A DNA stretch of 64,000 bases, from the NCBI GenBank assembly GCA_038207085.1, contig JBBRAE010000001.1:128001-192000 (forward strand), given 5' to 3'. This stretch comes from Armatimonadota bacterium (GTDB taxonomy: Bacteria > Armatimonadota > UBA5829 > DTLH01). Shown here one piece after another: positions 62,240-64,000 of this stretch. The position numbers were made by a program, and so were the translations under genes. The notes below the pieces were generated by a model that was given only the letters and a program-made list of their open reading frames with translations, did no database searches and was not told the origin of the DNA. How positions within the stretch are numbered: position 1 is the first letter of the stretch; every line of letters starts with the position of its first letter.

Positions 62240-62294
62240 GAGAGTTCCCTCCATTGGGAGTTACTGAGCAATAATTATATCAGACGATACGCAA

Positions 62295-62323
62295 TTGACA
62301 CCATAGCCCAGTGCTGGTACACT
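62295..62323 (+). promoter_or_regulatory. Promoter of tRNA-Leu
   Basis: TTGACA-N17-TACACT with extended -10 TG. Confidence 0.75.
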
Positions 62324-62334
62324 TTAGTGGTCGT

Positions 62335-62418
<84 letters not shown>

Positions 62419-62441
62419 CGTTTTGGAGGCCAGGGTTAGTT

Positions 62442-64000
62442 ATGAGATTTAAAGTAGTTGCTTGCGGGGTCTTTGAGCCTTATCTTAGACGACTTTCAGA
62501 TGAAAGTTCACACGATATTGAGATCAAGACGCTGGACGCTGGGCTGCATTCTCGCCCAAACGACCTCAGGCTCCTCGTTCAATCAGAAATCGACGAAGCA
62601 TCTCGCTCGGGCGAGTTCGATGCGGTCATTCTTCTTTATGGCCTCTGCGGACGCGGTACGGCGGGCCTCGTTTCTCGGGACATTCCCGTTGTAATCCCTC
62701 GCGCGCACGATTGCATTACGCTCTTTCTTGGTTCATCGGAGGCGTATCTTCGCCAGTTTCACGCAAACCCCGGCACGTTTTACCACACGCTTGGATGGAT
62801 CGAGAAGAAGATCAACCCGAAGAACCGTGAAGCTTCAGAACTTTATCAGAACTATGAGCTCGATGGCTACGATCTTCACCCCGACTTCAAGGTCCTCGAA
62901 CAGAAATACGGCGCGGAAAACGCTGAGCATATCGTCGCCTTTCTTGAGCGGTGGAAGCAGCACTATACGCGAGCGGCTTACATCGACATGGGCTTTGAAG
63001 ACGAGGCTCGCTATGTAGAGTTTACCACCAGAATGGCCGAGATTCTTGGCTGGAAGCACGAGACGATAACCGGGGACTCCACACTTCTTCGAAGCCTGTT
63101 ATCAGGCGACTGGAGCGATTCACGCATCTTTGTGCTGCCGCCCGACAGCAGGTCGACAACTAGTGGCGACGAGAAGATCTTTGCGGCATCATCGATTGAC
63201 GGCGATGGTTCAGGGGCCGTGCTTTCTGACTCTGAGGTTATTATCGAGTCAGGAGCAAACGTATCAAGCTCGTCGGGAATCGGCCTTGGTATAGACGCCG
63301 GGGGCACCTATACTGACGCTGTCATCTACGATATCGGTGAGCGCAAACTTCTTGCCAAGGCGAAGTCGCTTACGACCTATCACGATCTCGTCGTCGGCAT
63401 CCGCGGCGCACTGAAGCAGCTTCCATCTGAACTTCTCAGTGATGTGCAGGTGACATCACTTTCGACTACCCTCGCGACCAATTCCATCGTCGAAGGCCGA
63501 GGACACAAGGTTGGGCTGATCGTCCTTACACCGTTCAAATGGACGCACGAGCACGTAGGGCACAGGCCGATGCTCCAGGTGCCGGGCTCCGTTGCGATCA
63601 CCGGAGAGATTATCGAGCCTCTTGATGAAGATGCCTGCCGCGCGGCGATCGAGAAGCTTGTTCTCTCGGAACACTGTGCGGCTATCGTCATCGCTGGCTA
63701 TGCGCTTGTGCGAAACCCGGAGCAGGCAAACCGCGTTCGCGAGATCGCAGAGGAGATGTTCGACCTCCCCGTCATCTGCGCACACGAGGTGAGCAGGCGG
63801 CTGAACTCCATCCACGCGGCGCAGACCGCTGTAGCCAACGCAAAACTGCTCCCAGTTATTCGCAGGCTTATGGACTCGGTGCATAAGGCGCTATCGGACT
63901 TCCGAGTGCCGGGCAAGCTTATGGTCGTAAAGGGTGACGGGACCCCTGTCGACGAATCGATCGCTAGAGCAAGGCCCGTTGAAACTATTCTCTCAGGGCC
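62442..64000 (+). CDS. DUF1638-like domain fused to hydantoinase/oxoprolinase A domain; 3'-truncated by window edge and absent from the ORF track
   Basis: Hand translation from ATG 62442: VACGV, GLH.RP, YGLCG, RAHDCI, then in the same frame GIDAGGTYTD, STTLATN, RPVETILSG. Confidence 0.85.
   Translation, partial: MRFKVVACGVFEPYLRRLSDESSHDIEIKTLDAGLHSRPNDLRLLVQSEIDEASRSGEFDAVILLYGLCGRGTAGLVSRDIPVVIPRAHDCITLFLGSSEAYLRQFHANPGTFYHTLGWIEKKINPKNREASELYQNYELDGYDLHPDFKVLEQKYGAENAEHIVAFLERWKQHYTRAAYIDMGFEDEARYVEFTTRMAEILGWKHETITGDSTLLRSLLSGDWSDSRIFVLPPDSRSTTSGDEKIFAASSIDGDGSGAVLSDSEVIIESGANVSSSSGIGLGIDAGGTYTDAVIYDIGERKLLAKAKSLTTYHDLVVGIRGALKQLPSELLSDVQVTSLSTTLATNSIVEGRGHKVGLIVLTPFKWTHEHVGHRPMLQVPGSVAITGEIIEPLDEDACRAAIEKLVLSEHCAAIVIAGYALVRNPEQANRVREIAEEMFDLPVICAHEVSRRLNSIHAAQTAVANAKLLPVIRRLMDSVHKALSDFRVPGKLMVVKGDGTPVDESIARARPVETILSG

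Overview
A gene-dense, mostly housekeeping/metabolic bacterial chromosomal region with about 60 CDS and 3 tRNAs (Arg-TCT, His-GTG, Leu-TAA). I saw no CRISPR array, prophage or intact transposase. The gene content (H-X9-DG pilin-like module, DUF3866, Gram-positive-type SOS box alongside a probable outer-membrane beta-barrel) suggests Armatimonadota, but this is inference only. Recognisable loci are the glycine-cleavage operon gcvT-H-PA-PB with a lipoate ligase, iorAB, nagD-thiD-pyrG, xylB, ald, tatC, a GH38 mannosidase and an octaheme cytochrome. The most notable observations are: (1) an RmuC / Clp1-type polynucleotide kinase / histidine phosphatase operon, a candidate split nucleic-acid end-healing system; (2) an imuA-less mutasome cassette (catalytically dead ImuB, DUF6504-like protein, DnaE2) with a SOS box inside an apparently leaderless promoter; (3) a 73-bp palindromic MITE-like element with 4-bp YTAG target duplications, present as two full copies and one half copy; (4) a YycJ/WalJ-like nuclease ending in a perfect beta-clamp motif QLSLF; (5) several unusual domain architectures: DUF1638 plus hydantoinase, a large exported domain plus H-X9-DG pilin module, and a CarH-type B12 sensor with no DNA-binding domain. 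Family names come from motif recognition by eye; no database searches were run.
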